A DNA stretch of 64,000 nt from Nitrospirales bacterium (GTDB lineage: Bacteria; Nitrospirota; Nitrospiria; Nitrospirales; UBA8639). How positions within the stretch are numbered: position 1 is the stretch's first letter; every line of letters starts with the position of its first letter. Both the position numbers and the translations under genes were made by a program. Positions 9,736 through 19,342 of this stretch are shown here, in pieces. The stretch is taken from assembly GCA_965223295.1 (NCBI GenBank), contig CBDCWC010000003.1, positions 1,536,001 to 1,600,000 of the forward strand, read 5' to 3'. The notes beneath the pieces were generated by a model, which was not told where the DNA came from, ran no database searches, and was given only the letters and a program-made list of their open reading frames with translations.

Positions 9736-10139
9736 TTAACCTTCTTTCATTTCTCTTGTAGTAAAAAGAGAAATTGAGGCGGTGTTGATCCGGGATCCCT
9801 CCCCAGTTTCTTCCATTCTTCAGGTCCTCTCTTCAAATCAAAGTGTTTCTACGTAATTAAAACTTCATAAGATCAAGGTTTTTAAGGAATTTTTTCTAAA
9901 ATTTCTTGAGGTCGCCCACTCCCTCCTGGTATATCTCTTTGACATCTCAAGGAGTTACGTAAAGCCGATAGCTTAAAGTTAGAGGTTTTTCAAAAATTCC
10001 ATTTCCCTTAAACAGTATGGGTTCTATCCAAATTATCGAGTGACTGACTCTCAGGAAGAAAAAAGGGGTCGGTGTCAATGCAAGCCGGTTTGTGTTGCTG
10101 GAAAGTGCTCCGGTAACTGGGACCGGCTTTGTTGTATAA

Positions 10140-10393
10140 GGTTCTGTTGAAAAAAGCTGCCGCCTACTCCGCCGGAGTCACTGGATGGGCTACGAAGGCC
10201 GGGAGCGGCGTTCCTGCCTTCGCCGGGCCTCCTTCGCCGTAGTGGCTATGAAGGCTGAAAGCGGCTTCGCGTTTACGCGCAGGAGCGCTTCACCGCGCAG
10301 GCGAGCGGACTTTTTTAAAAGACCCGAGGCCTCTGACATGTGAAACCGCAGAGGCTAAATGTGGCCATTGATATCATCATTATTCAACAGCCC
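10140..10393 (+). mobile_element. MITE-like repeat copy A, interrupted by nested REP-like palindromes
   Basis: Same ends as copies B-E (GGTTCTGTTGAAAAAAGC ... TTATTCAACAGCCC); centre replaced by GC-rich palindromic inserts. Confidence 0.75.
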
Positions 10394-10519
10394 CATTAAG
10401 AGTTGTCCACAAACAACAAAATGCTGTTGAAATTTGCGCGAAAGAGACTTCCGGCATCAGTTGGCTGATATCAAAATAATATAGGGCGATCCTTCTTCAT
10501 CAGTTTCTCAAATCCCATC

Positions 10520-12157
10520 ATGACCTCAAGCGAAAAGGACATTCCTAGAGGGCAGATTTCAGAATTCCCGAAACACTGGCAGGCGGATATGGTTTCGGGG
10601 TTTTTGGTTTTTTTGATCGCGCTTCCGCTGTGCTTGGGGATTTCTTTAGCCTGTGGCTACCCTGCGATTTCCGGGATTTTTACGGCGATAATTGGTGGGG
10701 TGCTGGCCACTTTTTTCAGTAACTCTGAGCTCACGATTAAAGGGCCGGCCGCGGGGCTCATTGTTATCGCTCTGGGATGTGTGACGGAATTTGGGTTTAC
10801 AGGTGGGGAAGACCCTGCTGCTGATCTTCAGGCCTATCGCTTGGCTCTTGGTGTTGGTGTCGCAGCTGGACTGATCCAAATTCTATTTGGAATAGGTCGG
10901 GCGGGAATTCTGGGGGAGTTTTTCCCGACTTCGGCGGTGCATGGCCTGCTCACTGCTATTGGCGTCATCATTATGGCCAAACAATTTCCGGTGGCCATGG
11001 GCCTGAGTCCTGCAGGAACGCCTTTGGAACTGCTGGCCAACATTCCACATTTTATTCTGAACATGAATCCCCTGGTCGGTGTGATTGGCGTGGTGAGTCT
11101 GGTCATCATGTTTGGGTATCCGTTTCTGAAGAACTCTCGGTTGACCGCCATCCCAGCGCCAATGCTGGTGTTATGTATCACAGTGCCTTTAGCTATGTAT
11201 TTCAATATTGGAGGCGAGCAGACGTATTCCTTCCAAGGACAGGACTATCCATTAGGAAAGAATTTTCTCGTGGCGGTTCCGGAGAATATGTTTCATGCTC
11301 TCACCTTCCCTGACTTTTCTGGTCTCGGCACAACGATAGGAATAAAATATGTGATCATGTTTGCTTTAATAGGGAGTATCGAATCTCTTCTCAGCGCCAA
11401 GGCGATTGATGAAATTGATCCGTGGAAAAGAAAAACGGATCATGATCGAGATATGCTCGCGGTGGGAGTTGGGAATACCCTTGCCTCGTTTGTGGGTGGT
11501 CTTCCCATGATTTCGGAAATCGTTCGCAGCAAGGCCAATATTGATAATGGGGCACGGACTCGATTTGCGAATATGTTTCACGGCCTGTTTCTCCTGGGGT
11601 TTGTGGCACTCATCCCGGGCCTCATCAATCAGATTCCCCTTGCGGCCCTTGGAGCCATGCTTGTCTTTACGGGGTTCCGACTAGCGTCTCCTCAAGAATT
11701 TGTCCACATGTGGCAAGTTGGACGTGAGCAATTTATTATTTTTGTCTCAACGGTCATTGGCGTCTTGTCGACTGATTTGCTGATGGGAATCGCGATTGGC
11801 ATTGGTGTAAATTTTTTGGTGCATCTGAAGAATGGAGCGCCTCCTAAGTCACTTCTGAAGACACAAGTTACGGTGGGACGGCAGGAAAAGGAAGGCGTTG
11901 TTGTTCGAGTCAAAGATTCGGCTATTTTTAGTACATGGATCGGTCTGAAAAAAACATTAGAACCCTTAGTGACAGAATCTCGCGTGATCCTGGATTTATC
12001 CGATACGGCTCTCGTTGACCACACGGTTATGTCTAAACTTCAAGATATGGAAAAGACCTTTCAGGAACATGGATCGACCCTAGTCCTTGTGGGATTAGAG
12101 CAGCATCAGCGACTGTCTGATCATCCTGCCGCAGCGAGAAAAAAGGTGCGAACATAG
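10520..12157 (+). CDS. SulP/SLC26-family anion (probably bicarbonate) transporter with C-terminal STAS-like domain
   Basis: VFLIALPLCLGISLACG, GPAAGL, GGLPMISEIVRS and VILDLSDTALVDHT; lies next to dabA. Confidence 0.92.
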   Translation: MTSSEKDIPRGQISEFPKHWQADMVSGFLVFLIALPLCLGISLACGYPAISGIFTAIIGGVLATFFSNSELTIKGPAAGLIVIALGCVTEFGFTGGEDPAADLQAYRLALGVGVAAGLIQILFGIGRAGILGEFFPTSAVHGLLTAIGVIIMAKQFPVAMGLSPAGTPLELLANIPHFILNMNPLVGVIGVVSLVIMFGYPFLKNSRLTAIPAPMLVLCITVPLAMYFNIGGEQTYSFQGQDYPLGKNFLVAVPENMFHALTFPDFSGLGTTIGIKYVIMFALIGSIESLLSAKAIDEIDPWKRKTDHDRDMLAVGVGNTLASFVGGLPMISEIVRSKANIDNGARTRFANMFHGLFLLGFVALIPGLINQIPLAALGAMLVFTGFRLASPQEFVHMWQVGREQFIIFVSTVIGVLSTDLLMGIAIGIGVNFLVHLKNGAPPKSLLKTQVTVGRQEKEGVVVRVKDSAIFSTWIGLKKTLEPLVTESRVILDLSDTALVDHTVMSKLQDMEKTFQEHGSTLVLVGLEQHQRLSDHPAAARKKVRT

Positions 12158-12160
12158 GTC

Positions 12161-15100
12161 ATGAAAGATTCGATGACGGTTGAATCAGTGAGACAAGAGG
12201 TTTCTCCTTTGACCCAAGAAGAACGGAAAATGCTTGGTGCTGTCATTGAATCGGCCAGTGAGCCCATCGCCCCGTTTTGGCCCATGCGGACTATGGTGGC
12301 TCAAAACCCCATTCATGGCTTGGAATATCTTTCATTTGATGAGGCGGTTCGACAGGGCAAAGATCTTCTTGGAGGCAATGGTTATCTGCCGAATGAAGAA
12401 TATCGGCAATTCTATTTGGAAGGGCGAATCACTCTCGAAAGTATTCAACGGGCATTAATCCCCGTAGGACCTCGGCCCCAATCACAAGAACCGATCACGA
12501 TCGGAACGCGTCAATTTTCTCCTCAAGATATTTGGAAATGGCATCTGGTTCGCGGCTTCGAGGAGTTGGAACCTGTCCTCTTGCAATGGGAGCTCAGTGG
12601 ACGAGGAGCCATTGAGGAATTTCGTTCAGACTTTCCCAGTGAAGCCAAACATCGGATTATCCAACGAACGATTAAGGAATGTGAGCATTGTCGAGACTTT
12701 CCCGAAAAGGCCTATTTAACAAATCTATGGAATGCCACCTTATTTACATTAGGTCTTCATGATTCTATCTCGGAAGAAAAGACTGATCATGCCTCTGCTC
12801 AAAAAGAATTTTCTGCCCGTGCCATAGAAGAATCACCACTCGTCATTGATTTACCCGTTCGGCGAACGATGAGTGATTGGATCGAATGCTTGAGTAGTGT
12901 TCCTTTGGTCGAACAGATCAATCACCAAATGATTAAGTGGATTGCCGCTTTTGTTGACGAGGGGCAAGCAGGTTGGCAAATGCCATTCAGGGAGAAGGGC
13001 TTTTTCCTCGCGTGGCAGGACTTGGCTCAATTGGACTACTCTGGGCACTTCTTGGGGATTACTGACTTTCATCAGAAAGTTCAAGCGTTGCCTCCTGACC
13101 CTGAAGAGGTCATTGCTTTGTGTCTGCGCCGTCTTGGCGTTCCTTACGCACAATGGCAATCGTATCTTGCCCGTGAGCTCTCTCAACTGCCAGGATGGAC
13201 TCGATACATTCGGTGGTTGGGAGAACATCCTCTGTATCATGCTCAACGACAACATCCGATTGACACGAGACAGTATTTGGCGGTTCGACTGTTTTATGAA
13301 GTGGAATTGACTAACATTTGCTGTCGACAAGAATGGGGAATTGATGGAACTGTTTCAGCCATGACGGCATATTGGAAGGACCGATCTGAAGAATATCGCA
13401 ATCGAATAGGAGAAGGAGGGCATTCTATTGATCAAACAGAACGGATGATATGCCGAGACGCCTGGCGATTATTTCATCTCGCACAATTCCTTGAGTTATC
13501 TCCAATTGAAGTCCATGACCTATCACTTGCTGATGCTCAGAAGATGTTGCAATGGCTAGATGAATTTCCTGCTGATCAGCATAGTTCCGTGTGGCTTGAA
13601 GCCTATGAAGAATCGTTTCGGGCAGACATCCTAAGCAAGATCTCCGCGCATCGGGAGACCGTTCCAGCCTTAACGTCTCGTCCTCATGCGCAATTGGTCT
13701 TTTGTATCGATGTACGCTCTGAATCATTTCGCCGTCATATTGAAGCCCAAGGTCCTTACGAAACGTTCGGGTTCGCGGGGTTTTTTGGCATACCTCTGAG
13801 CCATCAAGTCTTTGATAGTGATCAGCGTTCCTTCTTGTGCCCTGTACTACTTACTCCTAACCATGCCGTCATGGAAATACCCCGATCTGGAGAGGAAACG
13901 GCGTTAGAAAAGTATTCTTCTGGTACTCGCTGGCATCAGCTGGGGCATCATTTCTTTCATGATCTGAAACATCATCCTATTGGGTCTATGATGGCAATTG
14001 ATGTGCTAGGACTCTTTTTTAGTCTGGGGTTGGTGGGAAAAACCCTATTCCAAAAAACATTTCAGGGGATTACCTCGAGCATCGAGCGTTGGTTCACCTA
14101 TAGAGTGCCGACTCAAATCGCGGTTTGCGCTCCCGTCGATCAGAAGAACCCAAAAGTCGGAGAAGTGCATGCAGAAGGGGTTCCCGTGGGTCTCGCTCAG
14201 GGGTTTTCTTTGGCAGAACGAGCCACCTTTATCGAAAACGGCTTACGCGCCATGGGACTTTCACAGAATTATGCGCGGCTCGTGTGCCTCTGTGGCCATG
14301 GCAGTGAGACAGACAACAATCCCTATTATGGCGCATTGGATTGTGGGGCCTGTGGAGGAGCACCCGGAGATGCGAATGCGCGGGTCTTTGCTGCAATGGC
14401 GAATGATCCTCAGGTTCGGCGTATCTTGAAACAAAATGGGTTGCCCATTCCAGACGATACGTGGTTCCTTCCTGGGAAACATAACACGACAACTGATCGA
14501 GTCGAGTTTTACGATCTAGAAGAATTACCTGGTACACATATTGAAGATTTGCGTGCGTTGAACAAAGATCTAGAAGCAGCTGGTGCGAATCAAGCCCTTG
14601 AACGTTGCCATCGCATTCCACGTGCCCCGGAAGAGATTTCTCCAGAGCAGGCCTTTGCTCATGTCATGGAGCGCAGTTGCGATTGGGCCAACCCTCGACC
14701 GGAATGGGGGTTAGCTGGGAATGGCGCCTTTCTTATCGGGAGACGGAAGCTGACGAAAGGTTTGGATTTAGGCGGTCGTGTGTTTTTGCATTCGTATGAT
14801 CCTCTTGCTGATCCCGAGGGAGCCATCCTTGAAAAAATCATGACCGCACCCTTAATTGTCGGCGAATGGATTAGCACCGGCTATTACTTTTCCGCTGTGG
14901 ATCCATGGACCTATGGCAGTGGTAGTAAAGTCTTGCACAATGTGGTTGGTGGTGTTGGAATGATGTTGGGAAGCCAAAGTGATTTGCAAATGGGCTTTCC
15001 TTTACAAACGGTGAATAACGGAGACGTTCACTATCACGAACCCATGCGGCTACTCGCCATCATTGAACATAAGCCGAGTGTGATCTCGTCTATCATTCAA

Positions 15101-15226
15101 AAACATGCGATCCTTCAGCGGCTATTTCATAACCAGTGGTTAAATCTTGTTGCGATCGATCCCCACACCTTTGCGTTTCATCGCTATTTTCCTGATGGCC
15201 AGTGGGAAGCTGTCACTCACAACTGA
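12161..15226 (+). CDS. dabA: DabA/MpsB (DUF2309, UPF0753) beta-carbonic-anhydrase-like inorganic carbon pump subunit
   Basis: IAPFWPM, FCIDVRSE, GFAGFFG, GHGSETDNNP, LDCGACGG, RPEWGLAGN, FLHSYD, YHEPMRL. The Cys/Asp/His/Cys Zn ligands are intact. Confidence 0.95.
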   Translation: MKDSMTVESVRQEVSPLTQEERKMLGAVIESASEPIAPFWPMRTMVAQNPIHGLEYLSFDEAVRQGKDLLGGNGYLPNEEYRQFYLEGRITLESIQRALIPVGPRPQSQEPITIGTRQFSPQDIWKWHLVRGFEELEPVLLQWELSGRGAIEEFRSDFPSEAKHRIIQRTIKECEHCRDFPEKAYLTNLWNATLFTLGLHDSISEEKTDHASAQKEFSARAIEESPLVIDLPVRRTMSDWIECLSSVPLVEQINHQMIKWIAAFVDEGQAGWQMPFREKGFFLAWQDLAQLDYSGHFLGITDFHQKVQALPPDPEEVIALCLRRLGVPYAQWQSYLARELSQLPGWTRYIRWLGEHPLYHAQRQHPIDTRQYLAVRLFYEVELTNICCRQEWGIDGTVSAMTAYWKDRSEEYRNRIGEGGHSIDQTERMICRDAWRLFHLAQFLELSPIEVHDLSLADAQKMLQWLDEFPADQHSSVWLEAYEESFRADILSKISAHRETVPALTSRPHAQLVFCIDVRSESFRRHIEAQGPYETFGFAGFFGIPLSHQVFDSDQRSFLCPVLLTPNHAVMEIPRSGEETALEKYSSGTRWHQLGHHFFHDLKHHPIGSMMAIDVLGLFFSLGLVGKTLFQKTFQGITSSIERWFTYRVPTQIAVCAPVDQKNPKVGEVHAEGVPVGLAQGFSLAERATFIENGLRAMGLSQNYARLVCLCGHGSETDNNPYYGALDCGACGGAPGDANARVFAAMANDPQVRRILKQNGLPIPDDTWFLPGKHNTTTDRVEFYDLEELPGTHIEDLRALNKDLEAAGANQALERCHRIPRAPEEISPEQAFAHVMERSCDWANPRPEWGLAGNGAFLIGRRKLTKGLDLGGRVFLHSYDPLADPEGAILEKIMTAPLIVGEWISTGYYFSAVDPWTYGSGSKVLHNVVGGVGMMLGSQSDLQMGFPLQTVNNGDVHYHEPMRLLAIIEHKPSVISSIIQKHAILQRLFHNQWLNLVAIDPHTFAFHRYFPDGQWEAVTHN

Positions 15227-15430
15227 GCAGACTAAGGCGATATGTGGTGAGGAAGAAATGTCGCACCGATAAAAGAACGAAAATTCTTTTAGGAATGCCG
15301 GATTAAATTTTATCCGCGCTAATAAACTGGTAGCTGTACAATCTCACTAGAACCGTCTAGATGATTTTTCGCTGAATTCCTTTCAGCTTCCATAAGATTT
15401 CGGGATAAGGGAATGAATGGTGCTACATAA

Positions 15431-15958
15431 ATGACAAGCAAGGGTTTTTCTCCAGGGGCCCGCCCTAGACCGATTTCCTCACAATTCTTGATACTAAAGA
15501 CCACGGCACTCTTTGTGTTGTGGATCATGTTATCTGCAAGTTTCGACTGGATCCATCTTGGATTGGGTTTGGTTCTCTCGTTTGCGGTAGCGTGGGTGAA
15601 CTCTGGCCACTCTCCCTTTGTTCCCAAATTTCGATTGTGGGGTAACATCATTCTCTATCTCCCTTGGCTTTTTGTGAAAATCGTCCAAAGCAGTCTTCAT
15701 CTATCAAAGCTCATTCTTCACCCCGCGCTTCCCATTAATCCTAGGTTGATCCACGTGGAGACGCAATTGGGACATCATGCAGCAGTTGTGCTTCTTGGTA
15801 ATTCCATTACGTTGACTCCTGGAACGATCACCGCGGAAGTTGAACGTAATACGCTCATTGTTCACGCCATGGATGAAGTTTCAGCGCAGGATGTCACAAG
15901 TAAGCGGATCGAATCCAAAATTGCTGCAATTTTTAAAGATGAAAAGCCGGATCTATGA
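15431..15958 (+). CDS. mrpE: Mrp/Mnh antiporter subunit E
   Basis: LLGNSITLTPGTIT and LIVHAM. Confidence 0.92.
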   Translation: MTSKGFSPGARPRPISSQFLILKTTALFVLWIMLSASFDWIHLGLGLVLSFAVAWVNSGHSPFVPKFRLWGNIILYLPWLFVKIVQSSLHLSKLILHPALPINPRLIHVETQLGHHAAVVLLGNSITLTPGTITAEVERNTLIVHAMDEVSAQDVTSKRIESKIAAIFKDEKPDL

Positions 15959-16221
15959 AAGTATTTCTGCTCTGTGTTTTGATCTTATTGGCTTTACTCA
16001 TTGGTTCGTATTTGTATCGTGTGCTTCAGGGGCCCACGATTTTTGATCGTGTATTGGGTCTCAATGGCATTTCTACCAAGGCGATTATTCTCTTGATTGT
16101 GATGGGTATGTACTTTGAGCGAATCGACATGTTTATCGATATCTCGACTGGGTATGCCCTATTGAATCTGGTGGGAGCTCTTGCCGTCGCAAAATTTCTG
16201 GAACAAAGAGGACTACCCTAG
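15955..16221 (+). CDS. mrpF: Mrp/Mnh antiporter subunit F
   Basis: RVLQGPTIFDRVLGL; three TM segments; ATGA overlap with mrpE. Confidence 0.92.
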   Translation: MKVFLLCVLILLALLIGSYLYRVLQGPTIFDRVLGLNGISTKAIILLIVMGMYFERIDMFIDISTGYALLNLVGALAVAKFLEQRGLP

Positions 16222-16222
16222 C

Positions 16223-16522
16223 ATGGAAGTGACTGCTATCTCCTGTATTCTGGCTGGATTATTTTTCTTGATTGTTGCGGCGATTGGGGTGATTCGTCTG
16301 CCCGATGTGTTTAGTCGTTCTCACGCCGTTTCGCTTACAGACTCGTTAGGTGCCTTTCTGATGTTAGTGGGCATTGCGCTTCATGAGGGCCTGAGTACGA
16401 GTACCCTGAAAATTATTGCAGTCTTGGCATTACTCTATATTCAAAATCCGGTTATTGCCCATGCGACGGTTCGCGCCGCGATGCGAGCTGGCCTCAAACC
16501 GTGGAAACGAGAGACCTCATGA
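16223..16522 (+). CDS. mrpG: Mrp/Mnh antiporter subunit G
   Basis: GVIRLPDVFSRSHA and NPVIAHA. Start placed at ATG 16223. Confidence 0.92.
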   Translation: MEVTAISCILAGLFFLIVAAIGVIRLPDVFSRSHAVSLTDSLGAFLMLVGIALHEGLSTSTLKIIAVLALLYIQNPVIAHATVRAAMRAGLKPWKRETS

Positions 16523-17049
16523 CCTTTTCGTATGAAATCCCCTTGCTCGTTCTTCTCCTTGCCACCGCAGCCGGTGCCATATTAGTCAAAGATCTCATCA
16601 GTGCGATCTTGCTCTTGGGGTCTTATAGTTTTTTTCTGGCCTTGGTATGGGCTTGGTTAGGAGCGGTGGATGTGGCGTTTGTCGAAGCAGTTGTTGGAGC
16701 TGGGTTAGCCACCGTGCTTTTTTTGCTCACCCTGTTTGGAACCGCACCAAAAGACAATCGTCTTAGGCGGCCACCACCGCCCATGGCAGCATTAATTGCT
16801 CTTCCACTGTTAGGCCTTCTCTTGCTCTATGCAGCAAACGATCTTCCTGAGTTTGGAGATCCATATTCTCCTGCAAGTGTTCATATTTCGCCGACCTATC
16901 TCGAACAGAGTTATGCGGATACTCATACACCAAATGTTGTGACCTCGGTGCTGATGGATTACCGCTCGCTCGATACGATGGTGGAAACCGTGGTGATTTT
17001 TACGGCAGGTATTGCCTGTGCCCTTTTGTTGAGGAGACAAACCTCATGA
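16519..17049 (+). CDS. MrpA C-terminal fragment homolog (DUF4040/MbhD-like plus MbhE-like)
   Basis: AVDVAFVEAVVGAG and PNVVTSVLMDYRSLDTMVE; ATGA overlap with mrpG. Confidence 0.88.
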   Translation: MTFSYEIPLLVLLLATAAGAILVKDLISAILLLGSYSFFLALVWAWLGAVDVAFVEAVVGAGLATVLFLLTLFGTAPKDNRLRRPPPPMAALIALPLLGLLLLYAANDLPEFGDPYSPASVHISPTYLEQSYADTHTPNVVTSVLMDYRSLDTMVETVVIFTAGIACALLLRRQTS

Positions 17050-17498
17050 TTCAACCTCACGATAGTATCATTGTTCAGACCTTGGGACGTTTTCTCATTC
17101 CGGTAATCCAAATTTTTGGGCTGTACGTGTTGTTTTTCGGCCAATACGGTCCTGGTGGAGGATTTGTTGGAGGAGTGATCTTAGGGACGGGTATGATTTT
17201 ATCAGTGTTGATTTTTGGCCATGATGCATCTCGGAGTCAGGTGGCGAAAAAAGTATTGCACGGTGATGGAGTCGGCATGTTGATTTATGCTGGGGTGGGA
17301 GGCTTATGTATGATTGGGGGTGGAGAGTTTCTCAATTATGCCAATCTGGAGATTCCAGGGCTTGAGACAGCATCCCGCCGGTCATTGGGAATCATCTTGA
17401 CGCAAATTGGTGTGGCTGTGGATGTGGCTGTTACGGCGGTCTCCATTGTGTTCAGTCTTTCTGCTGAAGAAATTATGGAGGATTCGATGAATGGGTGA
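17046..17498 (+). CDS. mrpB: Mrp/Mnh antiporter subunit B
   Basis: GQYGPGGGFVGG motif. Confidence 0.9.
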   Translation: MIQPHDSIIVQTLGRFLIPVIQIFGLYVLFFGQYGPGGGFVGGVILGTGMILSVLIFGHDASRSQVAKKVLHGDGVGMLIYAGVGGLCMIGGGEFLNYANLEIPGLETASRRSLGIILTQIGVAVDVAVTAVSIVFSLSAEEIMEDSMNG

Positions 17499-17868
17499 TC
17501 TCTTTTCCGCCGTCTTTCAGCGTCCTAACTTTTTGACGTTTGTCATTATTTTCCTGTGGGGCTTTTATATCATGGTGACACGATATAACCTCGTCAAGAA
17601 ACTGGTCGGTTTGTATCTGGTGCAAACCAGCGTAATTTTTTTTCTGGTATCTATTAGTGCGAAGAAACACTCAACCGCTCCCGTTCTTCTGTCTACCACT
17701 GAAACCGTGCAAGCTATGAACTATGCGAATCCGTTGCCACATGTGCTGACGTTGACGGCTATTGTGGTTGGTGTCGCTACCTTGGGTGTGGCCTTGGCCT
17801 TGTGTGCTGCGATCTATCGACGATACGGCAGTCTTGATGAAGAAGAAATTCTAAAAAAATTAGAATGA
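17491..17868 (+). CDS. mrpC: Mrp/Mnh antiporter subunit C (NuoK-like)
   Basis: NLVKKLVGL, NPLPHVLTLTAIVVG, YGSLDEEEI. Confidence 0.92.
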   Translation: MGDLFSAVFQRPNFLTFVIIFLWGFYIMVTRYNLVKKLVGLYLVQTSVIFFLVSISAKKHSTAPVLLSTTETVQAMNYANPLPHVLTLTAIVVGVATLGVALALCAAIYRRYGSLDEEEILKKLE

Positions 17869-19334
17869 CTCATCACTTTCCAGCCATTCTGTTTCTGCTC
17901 CCTTTGTTTGCGGCGATTTCCATGCCAGTGGTTTGTTTGAAACACCGAGAATGGAGTCGGCCTATCTCTCTGGCTGTACTCGGGGCTATGGTTGTGGTCT
18001 CCATTCTGAATCTCATCAGTGTCATCAATCACGGAGAAGTGCGATATGCCTTTAGTGGCTGGACTGCACCATTAGGCATTGAGTGGGTCGCAGATGGTTT
18101 AGCGAGCGTAATCCTTATGACATTGAGTCTCTTGGGTTTGCTGGCGTTGGTCTTTACCGGGCCTACTTCACCAAAAGATCTTGGTGGACGAATTGTTCAT
18201 TATTACATCTTGATCTTGCTGCTAATTTCCGCGCTCACTGGAATTGTGTTTGCAGGAGATTTATTTAATCTATTCGTATTTTTAGAAGTCGCAGCCATAT
18301 CCAGTTATGCACTCATTGGCGTGGCTGGAGGCAGAGCTCTATTCGCCGCTTTTCGTTATCTCGTGTTGGGAACGCTTGGGGCTTCCCTCTATTTATTAGG
18401 GGTGAGTTATTTCTACGCGGCCAGTGGGACGCTCAATATGGCAGATATGGCTCAGAAACTCCCCCAATTATTGACCTCGAAAGCTGTGGTCGGCGGGCTT
18501 CTTTTTATGTTCATAGGATTAGGCATCAAAATGGCTTTGGTGCCGTTCCATGCATGGCTGCCGGACGCCTACACGTATGCTCCGGAATCAATATCTCCTA
18601 TTTTGGCGGCATTGGTCACCAAGGTGGCATTATTAGGATGGGTCCGCATAATTTACTGGGTTCTGGGTGCCAAGGCCATCGTCTACGACATTCCTGTGCT
18701 CTTACTCGTGGGGATACTGGGCACTCTGGCGGCGGTCATTGGTGCGGTTCTCGCCCTGTCTCAGCGAAACATTAAAATGATGTTTGCCTATGGGGGGATT
18801 TCTCACATTGGCATCATTCTTATTGGCGTGAGTCAGGGTAACCATACAGGATTTGTGGGGGGTGTCTTCTATTTACTGAACGATGCAGTTATGCAAGCAG
18901 CATTGTTTTTTTTAGCAGGGGTAGCCATTTGCCAGTATGGCGTTCGGACCGTAGAAGATATTGGGCAAATTGGGAGACAAGCGCCTTGGTTTACGGGGGC
19001 TTTGGTGGTCGTGGCGCTAGGTATGATAGGCCTTCCTCCGACTGGGGGATTTTTTGGAAAATGGTATATCATTCTTGGAGCACTTGAAGCGAACAATTAC
19101 ATCGCAGTCGCCGCAGTTTTACTCTCGACTCTCCTGACGCTTGCCTATTTCGTGAAACTATTTGAGGCGATCTTTCGTCAACCAGCAACTCAATCGGAGA
19201 TGCTTCCAGGGGAGATTCCTTTCCCTTATAAACTGAGTGTGGGGATGACAGCCGCGGCCGTGATGATCTTAGGTCTGTTGAGTGACCCCATTGTTCAGTT
19301 TTTATTGAACCAGGCATTGCCACCCGGTATTTGA
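17865..19334 (+). CDS. mrpD: Mrp/Mnh antiporter subunit D
   Basis: DLFNLFVFLEV, GIKMALVPFHAWLPDAY, GLPPTGGFFGKW. Confidence 0.92.
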   Translation: MTHHFPAILFLLPLFAAISMPVVCLKHREWSRPISLAVLGAMVVVSILNLISVINHGEVRYAFSGWTAPLGIEWVADGLASVILMTLSLLGLLALVFTGPTSPKDLGGRIVHYYILILLLISALTGIVFAGDLFNLFVFLEVAAISSYALIGVAGGRALFAAFRYLVLGTLGASLYLLGVSYFYAASGTLNMADMAQKLPQLLTSKAVVGGLLFMFIGLGIKMALVPFHAWLPDAYTYAPESISPILAALVTKVALLGWVRIIYWVLGAKAIVYDIPVLLLVGILGTLAAVIGAVLALSQRNIKMMFAYGGISHIGIILIGVSQGNHTGFVGGVFYLLNDAVMQAALFFLAGVAICQYGVRTVEDIGQIGRQAPWFTGALVVVALGMIGLPPTGGFFGKWYIILGALEANNYIAVAAVLLSTLLTLAYFVKLFEAIFRQPATQSEMLPGEIPFPYKLSVGMTAAAVMILGLLSDPIVQFLLNQALPPGI

Positions 19335-19342
19335 AGGAAGCT

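Noticed and set aside
9947-9971. Sigma28-like GCCGATAG on the + strand upstream of sulP
   Set aside because: The nearest TCAA is only 13 nt away, unlike the 15-16 nt spacing of the other sites.
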